Part shown: positions 1 through 12,299 of the stretch, piece after piece
Layout: each line of letters opens with the position of its first letter
How positions within the stretch are numbered: position 1 is the stretch's first letter
Assembly: GCF_009914755.1 (NCBI RefSeq)
Contig: NC_060936.1
From: the human T2T-CHM13v2.0 reference genome, Homo sapiens
Direction: 5' to 3' (one strand)
Length of the DNA: 64,000 bases
Made by a program: the position numbers and the translations under genes
The notes under the pieces: model-generated
Told to the model about the DNA's origin: nothing
Database searches by the model: none
What the model saw: only the letters and a program-made list of their open reading frames with translations

Positions 1-99
1 ATGCAACTAGTGGCTGCTGTATTGGAGAGCACAGCTAAGCTACTACTTGAGCACAGCTACTTTCTCTTGTAGCTTTATCCCAAATCATGGCTTCAGCTG

Positions 100-750
100 C
101 CACTCATACCCAAAGGGTTCCCAGCTTTATATTCCAGCCTTGATTTCCACTGCCAATTAGCTAGTACTGGGTATCCCACAGGTGATTGTAATTCATCCTG
201 TTCAGACCTGAACTCAGCATGTTTTCTTTAAACTTGCCCATCCTTCTAGGTCCTTATCCCAATGAATAGAACTATAGTCCACTTACATGTCCATGAACCT
301 GGAGTTACCTTAGATAGTCCCTTTCTCTACCCAACCTCCGTGTATAATCAACCTACAATCTTTTGTACCTGTTACATACTCTTTTCTCTCAACCTGTGCT
401 ATCATAGGCTTCACACAAGCTCTCATTACCTCTCACCTGAGATAATATGATGGAGATCTAATTTGTTGACCTGCTTCTAGTCACTCCTCTCACCCTAGCC
501 TCAACCATCTTCCATTTGGCTGCCAGTGAGTTTGCTCACTGGTTTGTTTTTGTTTCACACCTGCTCAGAATCTTTCAGTGGTTCTCAAACATCTAAGGAG
601 ATTCACAATGGCCTGCCTTCTGCCTAGCTCTCCAGGCTAATGTACCATGACACAGCCTGTGCTCTAGTTATCGAGATCTTTTTGCCATTCCTGGAGCACA
701 TCAAATTCTCTTACACCTTTATTCTTTCACACAGGCTCTTTCACCTTACT
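100..750. mobile_element. L2 fragments
   Basis: Degenerate L2-like text (ccagcctt..., ctgctcagaatctttcagtggttc...); boundaries approximate. Confidence 0.5.
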
Positions 751-904
751 ACCTACACACACCAAGGCATGTACACAAACCACAGAGAATGCCTATGCAC
801 AAATAACTAAAAGTAGGCTGTAAAACTTCCTCGCTATGAGAAAACACACAAAAGAAAATAGAGAAAACACCAACAGAGCAAAATATTTCAAAAGAAAACA
901 TATA

Positions 905-1266
905 CAGCAGTCCCCCCTTATCCATGGCTTTATTTTCCAAGGTTTCACCTACTGGGTCAACCTAGGTCCAAAAATATTAAATGGAAAATTCCAGAAATAA
1001 GTAATTCCTAAGTTTTCAATTGAACACCATTCTGAGTAGTGTGATGAAATCTTATACCATCCTGCTTCATCCTGCTCTATCTTGCCTGGAACATGAATCA
1101 TCCCTTTGTCCAGCATAGTCATGTTTGATACGCTACCCACCCTCTACAATGTGATTGTATAGGAGAAACGATAGTACAGTATATATAGAGTTCAGTATTA
1201 TCAGCAGTTTCAGACATCCATTGGGGATCCTGGAATGTATCCCCTGTGGAAAAGGGGTGACTACTG
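905..1266 (-). mobile_element. MER44-like (Tigger7 family) non-autonomous DNA transposon
   Basis: TIRs CAGCAGTCCCCCCTTATCCA / TGGAAAAGGGGTGACTACTG with TA target duplications at 903-904 and 1267-1268. Confidence 0.85.
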
Positions 1267-1852
1267 TAATAAAACAATTTAAGATGATATAAGAGAAACC
1301 AAACATGTATGTCAGATAAATAAAAGTCAGACACATTCACTACTTTAAAGGACTCTAATTGGATTTTAAGAAGTCTAAACTCAAAAAAGTGATATAATAT
1401 GTAAGAAAAGTTACTCAAAAAATTGGAAGTATCATTTCCATCCTTTTAGGATGGGAAAATACAGTAAGCAAATGAAAATAAAAGTAAAGCAGGGGTCAGG
1501 ATATTAAGGATATTAATGTTAGGCATGGTTGAATTCGAGGAATAGAACTTTATGGTAATAATAAGTAAATGCAACCCACAATGAAATTCTGAGCCTAATG
1601 CATCTACATCAAATAGCATCACATCTACATTCTTAAAGCAAAAATTATTAAAATATAAGGAAAAATAGAGAGACAGTAGCCATAAATAAGTTTAATTTAT
1701 CTCTCTGTCTTTGATAACTCAAATAAACCAAAAATAAGAAAAGACATAGAGGACTTAACATAATTAAGAAGGTAGATCCTCACATGGAAAAATATATACC
1801 TCCCTTTCAAGCTCCTTTCATCTACAAAGTTTGGCCATGTCTTATTAGGCTA

Positions 1853-3117
1853 CATATTAGTTGCCTAGGGCTGTCATAACAAAGAATCACAAGCTATGTG
1901 GCTTCAACCAATAGAAATTTATTCTCTCAGTGTCAGCAGGGCCGTGCTCTCTCTGAAGGCTCTAGAGGAGGACCCTTCCTTGCCTCTTCCTGGCTTCCGG
2001 TGATTGCCAGGAATCCTGGGCCTTCCTCGGTTTGTGGATACATCACTAGAATCTCTGTCTCTATTGTCACATAGTGTTTGCTGTGTGTATCTCTGTGTCC
2101 AAGTTTCCCTTTTCTTAAAAGAACACCAGTTATTGGATTAGACTAGTTATTAAATCCAATCCAGTATGGCAGTATGATATTGTGTTCCAAAAATAAAATT
2201 CTAACCCCACGCACAGACTGAATGGACCCTCGTCTCAACCAAGGGGATCCAAAGAAACCTGAAAATCTAGTTTGGATCATGATGGGATGGTGGAGTGGGG
2301 CAGGGGATGTTGAACATGACTCATTATACTCTCCTCTTTTTGGAATTCAGGCACAAAATTGACCAGCATTAACATTATAACAGAGATCCTAAGACTGACA
2401 GAACAGACTCTTTATAGCCATAAGATACCAAATTCTAACCTGTCTCTAGTACAGCATTACATGACAGCAAAGTCCTGAAAGAAAAAACATATTTTGAAAT
2501 AGCACTGCAAACCTGTCTCTTGTGGAGGAAGTTTTACACTCTATAGAGATTCTCCTTCCTTTACTAGGTCTCTCCAGAGAGCCTGACACCTTTGATAAGA
2601 GATGTTCACATCTATTCTCTCTGAAGCCTGCTACCCAGAGGCTTCATCTACATAACAAGAACCTAGGCTTCTCTAGCCCTCCCAACTTGCCTTAACTCAG
2701 GCTAGTTTCAACTCTTCAGGCACAACTTCACCCTTTCAACCAATTGCTAATCAGAAAATCTTTGAATCCACCTACGACCAGTAAGCCCTGCCACTTCAAG
2801 TTGTCCTGCCTTTCCTTATTAAACCAATGTATATTTCATACATATTGATTGATGTCTTATGTTCCCTAAAACACATAAAACCAAGATGTAACCCAACCAC
2901 CTTCGGCCAATGTTCCTAGGACCTCCTAATAGGTCATAATCCTTAACCTTGGCAAAATAAACTTCAAAATTGATTGAGACCTGTCTCAGTTACTTTTTGA
3001 CTTATGACATCATCTTTACTTGATTATATATGCAAAGACCTTATTTCCAAATAAGGTCATATTCACAGGTACCAAGGGATTAGAACTGTAACATATTTTA
3101 CAATTCAATCCACAGCA
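1853..3117 (-). mobile_element. MLT1C/D-like MaLR solo LTR, interrupted by a MER4-type LTR
   Basis: tattagttgcctagggctgtcataacaaa ... aaataaggtcatattcacagg ... ccacagca; TSD GGCTA/GGCCA. Confidence 0.75.
2182..3006 (+). mobile_element. MER4-group (MER4D/E-like) ERV1 solo LTR
   Basis: Starts TGTGTTCCAAAAATAAAATTCTAA; ends CTTGGCAAAATAAACTT...GAGACCTGTCTCAG, typical of MER4 LTRs. Confidence 0.8.
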
Positions 3118-4703
3118 GGCCACATAGGAAACCTCAGTTTCAAAACATAGGAATAGTATAGATCATATTCTTTGATCATAATGCATTAAAATTAGAAATT
3201 AATAACAAAAATAGGAAAATAAATCTTTGCCACATGAAAATTTTAGAATATCTCTTAACTCATGAGAAATCCAACATGGAAATTAAATCCAACACTGCAA
3301 AATCCCTAAAAACTAATGATAAATAAAATTTTAATATAACCACAAGTCAGAAGAAAATTCATAGTTTAAAACAAAAATTACTAAACAGGAAAAAAAAGAA
3401 AAATAAGAATTTAGAAAGGAACTTCAAATTACTCTTAAAGAAAGTAGAAGAAAGCAAATTCTATAAATAAAATCCAATCAATGAATCAGAAACAGAAAAG
3501 TAATGGAGCTAATACATACATTAAAAGCTGGCTCTTTGAAAAATGAACACACATTAAAATGTATAATCCATGCGTTAGTTACCTAGGCAAGTATAGTGAA
3601 AGAAAAAAAATGAGAAATAACCACAGTCACGAAACAGATTTATAAGATAATAATTTAGTCCACTTTGTGCATATAAATTCAATGACAAAGAAGTTTCCCC
3701 AAAAAACTAAAAAGTTCCCAGATTGATTCTAGAATTAATTTCTAGGTTTAGGTAATTATAAAAGTTCATCTCCACAGGGTACAGAGGATGAGTAAATGTT
3801 ATGTGGGACCCAGGACATTTTTGCACTTTTTCATGCACTGTTCTATGCATTGCTCCATGCATGTTAGGCTTTCTAGAATTCCTGGCCAGTACTCACCAAA
3901 TACTCATCACCACCCCATTACTGTGGTGACCACGCAACTTTCTAAAACACCCTAGAGACAGACAAACCAGTTAGACGGCTGTTGTCATAAATCAGAGGCA
4001 GGAGAGGGTAGGGCAGGAGTGAGATGAAGAGGAAACACAGGATTTTTGACACACTATAGTGATTAGAGATTGGTTTAGGAACCAGTTGGAGGGTAACACG
4101 GAGAAGGGTGGTGAGAAAATTAGGCTGAGTCTGATTTAGGACACATGAAAATTTTAGAATATCTCTTATACAAAATATCTCATATACAAAAACATGAGCG
4201 TTATTCAGTTGAATATGATTTTACTTTCTTACATCCAAACACATTTATTGTGTTAGGTACAAGCATTTGACTACTTCATTATGTCTAATATAGTTATTTT
4301 TAGCATTTGTAAGCTAAAATGAATATTATATTACAGGTAGATCATTATGTTAGATTTTGCAAAGTATGTGCATAGCAGGACTATACTTACCTATGAATTT
4401 CATTTCAGGAAAATAAGCGAGTTGCAAAATATAGTCCTTTTGATTGTCCCCAAACCCCTCCCCAGCCATCCTCCTGAAGGGCCTGTTGCCGACCCCAAGA
4501 CACTGCTTCCAGCAGACTCAAGTCTTTGCAGAACCCATGATTATGACAGTTGTCTCTACTCTCAGTTACCAAATGCCCTGATATTTATAGGCTCTCTCTA
4601 CAGACACAACTGCAACTGTCCTTCTAAGAGTGGCTACAATAAATCCTAAAGTCCTGCAGCCTCAGGGAGGGCAGGAAAATGGTGGGGGCTGGCTCAAATT
4701 CCT

Positions 4704-4705
<2 letters not shown>

Positions 4706-4755
<50 letters not shown>
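4706..4755. repeat. (AC)25 microsatellite
   Basis: Direct count. Confidence 0.97.
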
Positions 4756-4757
<2 letters not shown>

Positions 4758-5369
4758 CCTCTAAGGCAATACTTAGAACACATTTAGGTAGCTTACAGCA
4801 CGCGAAGCAGGGAAGTAGTAAGATTTTGTCTCTAATAAGCATTATGCAGCACTAAATGGAAGAAAAAACCAAATAGCGAAATCACTCTCCCTCTCCGAAA
4901 GAAAACTACTAGCAAATAAAAATACTATTGTCTGCCAGAGTCCACACGGCGCCACGTGGAAAGTTCCCCAAATTACATTTCATGGATGAAGTTTGATTTA
5001 GAAAAGCACCCCCGGCATAGTGTTCTCAAGAGCTTTCAACACAGAGCCATGCTTCAGACACGCAAAGCTTCTGCTCTCTCCTATGCTATTAACATTACAT
5101 CATAGCCTTCAATTCCCTAAAAGATAGAATCTTTTCTCCCCTCACTGGCTTAAGAAAGGCTAGTCTACTAAAGAGGTTTTGTCCACCTGCTGCGGGAAAA
5201 ATTGGTGAGTCACTAATAAGAAAATTTACTCACCGTTAGAGGAATTAGGAAAAGGAGGACTATTGGGTGTGAACTCAAAGAATGGGAGTCTCTACAGCCT
5301 TAAAAAGTCCAGTATCAGATAGAATACATTACATTATCACATTCATTCCTTCATCCATCCACTCTGTCA

Positions 5370-6070
5370 TCTATCCATTCACCCATTAATCAAGTATGAA
5401 CTGTGTGCCAGTCAAACAAAAGCAGAACAAAACAACACCTTCCCCCCAACACACACACAAAACACACACAAGTGCCATAATACAGGGCAACAAGCGCCAT
5501 GTTAAGAGATGAATGGATGTACCAGGTGGTAAGGGACCACTCATGACAATGCACAACCAGACTTGGAGGGAGAATTTTGGGACTTCCTGAAAAGAGCAGT
5601 ATTTAGGCTGAGACGTAAGGTTCAGCGGGAGCTGGCCAGGTGTAGGCAAGATAGTGATGGAGCAGAGGATAAAGGGTCTCAGAGGTATATTTGAAAAGTC
5701 CTAGGGTCAAGCCAAGAAAAGAGAAAGTTGCAGCCTTGAGTAAGAATGGGGGCAACAAGAGAGAAGCCTGAAGAAACAGAGTGCCAGGATACAGGCAAGG
5801 GATTTAGACTCCCTCCTAAAGTCACAGAAATAAATGACGAATTTAAACAAAGGAGTGGTATGATCCACCTGTCCTGCTTTATTTTACAACATACAATATA
5901 AAGTATTTGCAGTATTTTTTTTCTTTCTGCTTCCCATAACTCTGGACATGTGCTTCATAAGGACAAGGTCCTCAACAGCTTTGTTCACTGCTTAATCCCT
6001 AAAGCAAGAAGCAAACAATGTCTGACACGAAGTAGACAATAAATATTTGTTGCATTAATCAAAGGAGGGA
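5370..6070. mobile_element. L2 fragments
   Basis: Degenerate L2 text including a 3' end ...gtagacaataaatatttgttg. Confidence 0.5.
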
Positions 6071-6865
6071 TGCATGAGTGTATTCTTCCGTGTATTCTTA
6101 GCACCCAACTGAATCCCCTAGCACGTTTACTCAGAAACTTGGTCACAGGGATATTTCTGTGCTAAATTTTTCCCATTACCCAGTTTCAAGAGACAACTAG
6201 TTTGCATTCGAAGTACAAAATATCCTACATTTGGAAGCTCTGGCAGATCAAATGCTACTGGAAAAATTTAAGGGCTAATAAATTATGAATGAAATTAATA
6301 AAATACACTTTTTTAAAGGAATTTTAAAGTACCTGGTGAAAGCTAGATTTCTAAGGTGGTAACTTTGAGCTGTTTCAGTAGCACCGTGACAGAATAAACA
6401 TCCCTTCCCTAAGAAAGCAGCTTACAGCTAGTATTTCCACAGAGTCAGTGCCTAAAGCCCAAGAGGCTCTCATGAATTTCATATGTGGTTTAACCTACAA
6501 AGATTTGCATGTTTCCTTTAACGTAAAACCAAGTCAATTGATGAGAAGCTGCTGTGTCCATCACATATCTTCTACCAATTTCCTAAGGCATGGCTTTTCT
6601 CCTTTCTAAAGAATTTTATTTTTGGTAACTCTGGGCAACTTTTCCTCATCCAGTTGTTCACAATGAATTGATGATTAAATTGTAAGAGTGCCACATTAGT
6701 TTGGGACTTTATTTTCTGGATTGAAAAAAGAGAGCATACAGGCATTTTTAGCAGAATGAGAGAAAACTATTCATTAACTCTTCCTCTTCTCACTCCCTTT
6801 ACTTTTGTTTTCCTTATTCCTTCTTGCTTCTCTCTCACGCATATGCACTCTCTCCTGGGTGAGAC

Positions 6866-7012
6866 ATATAGATATGGATATAGATATAGATATAGAGATA
6901 GATGTATATATATACACACATACATACATATATAAAGACATTTTGATAAATTATATAGATAAATTTTTCATTTTATACATAATAAAAGTAAATTATATAT
7001 AATATATATAAT
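6866..7012. repeat. (TA)/(TAGATA)-rich low-complexity tract
   Basis: Direct observation. Confidence 0.8.
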
Positions 7013-7050
7013 TTTTCAAAGTTACTTGATGTAATCAAGTTATTTCTAGA

Positions 7051-7349
7051 GGCTGGGCATGGTGGTTCATACCTGTAATCCCAGCACTTTGGGAGGCTGA
7101 GGCAGGCAGATTGCTTGAGCTCAGGAGTTCAAGACCAGCTTGGCCAGCATGGTGAAACCCCGTCTCTACAAAAAATACAAAAATTGGCCAGGCATGGCGG
7201 TGTATGCCTGTAGTCCCAGTTACTCAGGAGGCTGAGGCAGGAGAATCTCTTGAACCTTGGAGGCGGAGGTTGCAGTGAGCCAAGATCATACAACTGCACT
7301 CCAACCCAAGCAACAGAGTGAGACTCCATCTCAAAAAAAAAAAAAAAAA
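7051..7349 (+). mobile_element. AluS, full length
   Basis: Dimer with A17 tail; TCTAGA(G) on both flanks. Confidence 0.95.
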
Positions 7350-7825
7350 TCTAGAGATAAATTAAGCCATATTTAATGTCTGGACACCAGAGGATCTAGA
7401 CTGGTGAAAACTCACATTGCATCTGAGGATAGCTAGCCTGCTGCAGTGATTGATAGAGATGTTTTAGTTAAGACCCTGAACTCCTTACCATGAGATCACA
7501 GATAGCCCTCAGGCTTGAGGATGCCCAAATTTAGAAATCACAGGATGAAGATCTCATACAATGAAATTTATAAAACATCCTATTAGACCTGCAGGTATAA
7601 ATATGATATCAAACCTTCTCCCAGATGTGAATTTAAAACAAGACCTATTATCCGTGGCATCAAGCTAAAATAATATGTATGGACTACATTCTTTAAATAA
7701 ATTATGCTATAGTTGAAGATCAGGTATATCCAAAAGGCACACTGATACATATTAAAACTTTAAACAACTTTTTATTGGAAGAAGTCTTAAAAAGCTAAAG
7801 AAATGAGTCCAATAAGCACTTTGAT

Positions 7826-8050
7826 TTTTGTTTTTTTGAGACAGGATCTCACTCTGTGGCCCAGGCTGGAGAGCAGTGGTTTAGTCACAGCTCACTGCAG
7901 CCTTAACTTCCCGGGCACAAGCAATCCTCTCACCTCAGTCTCCCTAGTAGTTGAGCCTACAGATGCACATCACCATACCTGGCTAATTTTTCTAATTTTT
8001 GTAGAGATGGGGTTTTGCCATGTTGCCCAGGCTGGTCTTGAACTCCTGGA
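7826..8050 (-). mobile_element. AluJ-like, 5'-truncated
   Basis: ttttgagacaggatctcactctg...gaactcctgg. Confidence 0.9.
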
Positions 8051-8199
8051 GAGGAGTTAAGCAACCACCTGAGGTTGCCCAGCTAGGAAGTGGTGGAGCT
8101 GGGATCCAAATCTGTGCACATATACCCCAGACTGAGCTTGTGAGCTCAGATTGCAGCTCCTGAGTGAAGAGATGCTTTTACCACCTACATCATAGAAAA

Positions 8200-9290
8200 C
8201 ATGGATGCTGTCAAGCTCAACTTCCTTCATCTTTGCCATATCCCCTTTTAATGTACCTATCTATATTCTCACTCATTACATATATGCCTCCTTCTCCACT
8301 TCTGTCTATAGAGCTAACCCTTAAACGTGCGATCTTCACTTATCTCCTCTACCACCTGATACTACTCATCTCCTCTCTCCATCAATCTCTTGTTCCCTTG
8401 TCTTAATTGTCTACCTCCCCAATGGCTTTCCCTTAAATTATAAAATGTGAAATCCACTGCCATCACTAGGGGAAACCTGCTTCTCTCTGTATTGACTATC
8501 CAATTTTTTTCCCTCTGTTTACAATCACATTTCTTGAATAATAACTTCACTCTCACCCTCAATACTTCCATCAGCTCCAGGCTTCATGGGCTCTCTAAAA
8601 TTGTTCTTAATAAGATCCAACATTACCTTCTATCTGTTCGCTTAGTCCAATAGATCGTCAGGCCTGATCTTACTTGGCTCCGTAAGATATCTGGCATCAC
8701 AGCCAACACCTTCCTTCTTGAAAGCCTCTCGTCTCTTCACTTCAATGACATCTCTATTTCCTCCCTTCTCTGTCCTGTTACCCAGCCATTCTTATCAAAT
8801 GTTGGAGTCTCCAAGATTCTATTCTTGAACTTCTTTTCCTACTCAATGTGTTCTCCCCAGATGATCTCTTTCTTATGGCAGTTTCAGGCCTGAATTTCCA
8901 ATGACAATTGTTATCAACAACATGATATTTTATCAGCCACTCAAACTGTGTGGCTCAAACTGAACTAATTGTCCCCCGACCACAAATTCTCATGCATTCC
9001 TTGCAGGTTAATTATATCACAACAAACTAACTGAAATCAAAAATTGGGAGTCAACCTCGATTCTTTCCTCTCCTTTATTTCCTACCGGTCGTGAAATCTT
9101 TGCTAATTTAAACTCCTGGATATCTTTGGAATTCATATCCTCCTTTCCCTCCTCATTGTCATATCTTTCTTCAAAGTTGTGCCTGTATTATTGCAACATT
9201 TTAAAATTTATTTTCCTGAACTTCTGCCATGCTTCTTAAATCAACTCTATATGTGATCCTCAGAGTGATACTTCTAAGACACAAATTTGA
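8200..9290. mobile_element. L2 fragments
   Basis: Pyrimidine-rich decayed L2 ORF2/3' text; approximate. Confidence 0.5.
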
Positions 9291-9297
9291 TCAACCA

Positions 9298-9545
9298 TGG
9301 TAGGCTAAATAATGGCTCCCCCAAAGATATTTACATCCTACCCTGTGAATATGCTACCTTACATGGAAAAAGGGGCTTTAAAAATATGATTGAGTTGAGA
9401 ATCTTGAGATGGAAAGTTATCCAGTATTATCTGAGTGGGCCCAATGTCCTCACAAGGGTCCTTATAAAGTGAGAAATAAGAGGATCAAAGTAAGTAGTAG
9501 GTGATGTGACAGCAGAAGCAAGAGGTTGGAGTGATTTAAGGAAGT
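9298..9545 (+). mobile_element. MLT1D-like LTR, 5' half
   Basis: tggtaggctaaataatggctccccc...gagtgggcccaatgtcctcacaagggtccttataa. Confidence 0.8.
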
Positions 9546-10299
9546 GGGAGATCAGGAAGTGTTAAGCACAAAGTTAACTTATACCTTTAAAAAAAAAGGA
9601 AAATTAAAGACAACAAGCAGATATATACATTATATAAATAAACACAAGAACTTGTTAAACTTGTGAAACACAGGACTACCCAAGACAAATGTTTCCCTTT
9701 CCATTTCTACTCTAGGCTATATGAGAAATCTATTTTTCTCTTTTTCTTAGAACTCTTACTCTGCAGGATCAAAATGTCAAGCAGTGACCACATAAGTGGG
9801 AAGTAGATCAAGACATGCTTATAATTACATTCTTGTGGTTGGTATAAAATTCTGTACCACAGCCATTCCTTAGAAGCCAGCTCATGGGATCAAACAGACA
9901 AGCAAGCTCACTTCTCAAGCCCACGATGTTACGTATTAGTCCATATTGGTGAGTTCCTTTGTGCCCAAACTTAGCTGCTGCACACTACAGTGATAGGAAA
10001 CTGCCAACAGTTTTTTGTCAAACCCACTACAGTGGATCCCACAATGGGCTGAGACCTCGTCTAGAGTCATCAGGTTTTCCAGGATGTGCAGATGGCCTGG
10101 AAACTTGGCCAAGAGGTAGGGATCAGCACTCTTTAGTAAGCTGTATATCCACCAAATGCTGTGACACAAGGAATGGGCCTCAAAATGTTTCAGGCCAGCA
10201 CAGCTTTGTCTTTGCAAGTCATTTTTCAGTGGCAGTTAAATATTGTGGCAAAGCCAAGGTACAAACTCACGTGCATTAAAATATGCTTATGAGTAATAA

Positions 10300-10770
10300 T
10301 ACCATAAGTATTTCCATGTGCATTAGGTGTCAAGAACTTCACACACATCATTTCATTCCCTTATCATGGCACTCAGTGTGGTGGGTATTACTGTATCTGT
10401 TTCACAATAGGAAACCCAGTATCTGAGATGTTCAGTGCCTTTCCCAGTTACCCAGTTGGTAAGTGGGAAAGTCAGGACATGAATTTTCAGTGATTTTATT
10501 AAAAAGGCAGGATGATACAGTGATTTAAAGGCCTAATTCTAGACCCAGGTTGCTTAGATTCAAGTCCCAGCTCTGCCATACTCTGTTAGTATAACTTTGG
10601 CAAAGTCACTATGCCTCAGTTTCCTCATCTGTAAAATGGGGATCATAATAGTATCTACCTTATGATACTATTATTTTATTTATTGTTATTGTGAGGATGA
10701 AATTTGTTACTATAAATAAAATGCACTGCCTGACATATGCACTACATAAGCATTGCAATTATTATAATTG
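10300..10770. mobile_element. Two adjacent MIR elements in opposite orientation
   Basis: MIR core gcctcagtttcctcatctgtaaaatggggat at ~10613-10645; reverse-type MIR text at 10300-10490. Confidence 0.7.
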
Positions 10771-10814
10771 ATTCCAAACTCATTGATGTCTTTATTTCAG
10801 TCTTCCTCTCCACC

Positions 10815-10816
<2 letters not shown>

Positions 10817-10870
<54 letters not shown>
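10817..10870. repeat. (GT)27 microsatellite
   Basis: Direct count. Confidence 0.97.
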
Positions 10871-10871
<1 letters not shown>

Positions 10872-11229
10872 GAAACTTAACATCTGGAATGGAGGTGGAA
10901 GGCAAGACTGAGAGATTGGAGATGGCGTCAGAGAGCTCCTAGCAGGTATGTCAAGGCTCTGATCCAATCTCTGGGCTAGCAGAAGCCTCCAGCAGCTCTC
11001 TGAGGCAGGAGCATAAGGAAACTCTAAGCTCTGTACTTCTGCTTTAGCACTAAACCAGTACAATGTAGTCTCCCAACCAGGAAATGGATGGAGACTCCAA
11101 CTCAGATGCTGTAGATCTTTGCTAAGGCCATTCAATCCATTCACAATAGAGTCAAAATGAGATCTCTGGAAGTTCTGAAAACTCTTATTGTGATTCAGGT
11201 CACGGAATTAATTTTCTGATCCTATAAGC

Positions 11230-11800
11230 TCAATATCTATGTCCTATCTTGAACCCTTTATCCACTTTTATGTACATAAATCTTTGTCTTTATCAGTGAC
11301 TATTTTAGAGTGTACCCCTAAAAATAGCATTAAGTACAAGGATTTAACATTTTAAGGCTCATCATCCATACTGCAAACAGCTTTCCAGAAAAGCTGTGTC
11401 AATTCGCACTGGCTCTGCCACACCTACCCACCACTAAGTATCATGATTGAAAAACGGAAATCTTTGCAGTTACAGGGACAGATAATGTCAGATTGAATTA
11501 CCTTGTGTTTCTTTTATTACTACAGAGGTCAATTTTCTCATATCTGGAAGCCATTTGTATTAGTTATTTTTAAGGTATTTATACTTTCAGTACATTTTTT
11601 CTGTTGGGGGATCCTGCTTTATTTAATGATTTCTACAAGATCTTTTTATAGTAATAAAATTATTCTTTGGTTATTTTGATGGCAAATGCTTTCCCAGTAA
11701 GTTGTTTGCCAATTAATTTATTTACTTTAAAGTATTTTCTAATAGAATCTTTTGAAGTTGTCTCATAAAAATTCAGAAAGTATTATTTTATACTTTCCTA
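11230..11800 (-). mobile_element. Very old L1ME-like ORF2 3' fragment
   Basis: T-rich decayed text (ctttccagaaaagctgtgtcaattcgcact...). Confidence 0.5.
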
Positions 11801-12299
11801 TATCAAACTGATGTATTTAAAAAACACATCACTCTTATTTATTATCTTTTGGCTAAAATTGTACATTTCTTAAAAGGTACACAGAAATTTAAGTTTTGTC
11901 AGAATTCCAGCTCTTTGAGGAAGGAGGTCTGACTATTTACTCCCCACTGTGTCCCAAAACCAAACCTACAGCTGTTCCTAGCACACAGTAGGTATACTAT
12001 TTAGTTCAGGTATACTATTATACTAATAAGTTCAGTATTATTTTGGAATTTGTATGAAAGTAGCAAATCAGACTCTCAAATACTTTCCAGGAATAAAAGA
12101 CAATTACTGCTGACATGCAAGCTCTCCAGTGAGATTGCCTGGTTTCCTGGTCAAGGTATATTTCATTGTTCTAATTTAAGAGCTTGTAAGCTGGGGGCTC
12201 TTGTTTTCTTTGTATTTCTAATTTTTTTACAGCATAGATAAATCAAAATTCCATGGGTTTCCCATGGTCTACCTGATAAACATACTTCAAAGATATGTC

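Larger units (their letters stand above)
1270..3760 (+). mobile_element. Old L1M/L1ME fragment (ORF2 endonuclease region), split by LTR insertions at 1853-3117
   Basis: A-rich decayed ORF2 text, e.g. ttctttgatcataatgcattaaaattagaaattaataacaaaa. Confidence 0.6.

Noticed and set aside
3770-3955. MER20-like fragments (also ~42600-42790)
   Set aside because: Too degenerate to call a family with confidence
7129-7329. Alu-derived ORFs (also 7803, 14825, 15049, 31473, 33203, 52781, 53681)
   Set aside because: Typical Alu translation artefacts
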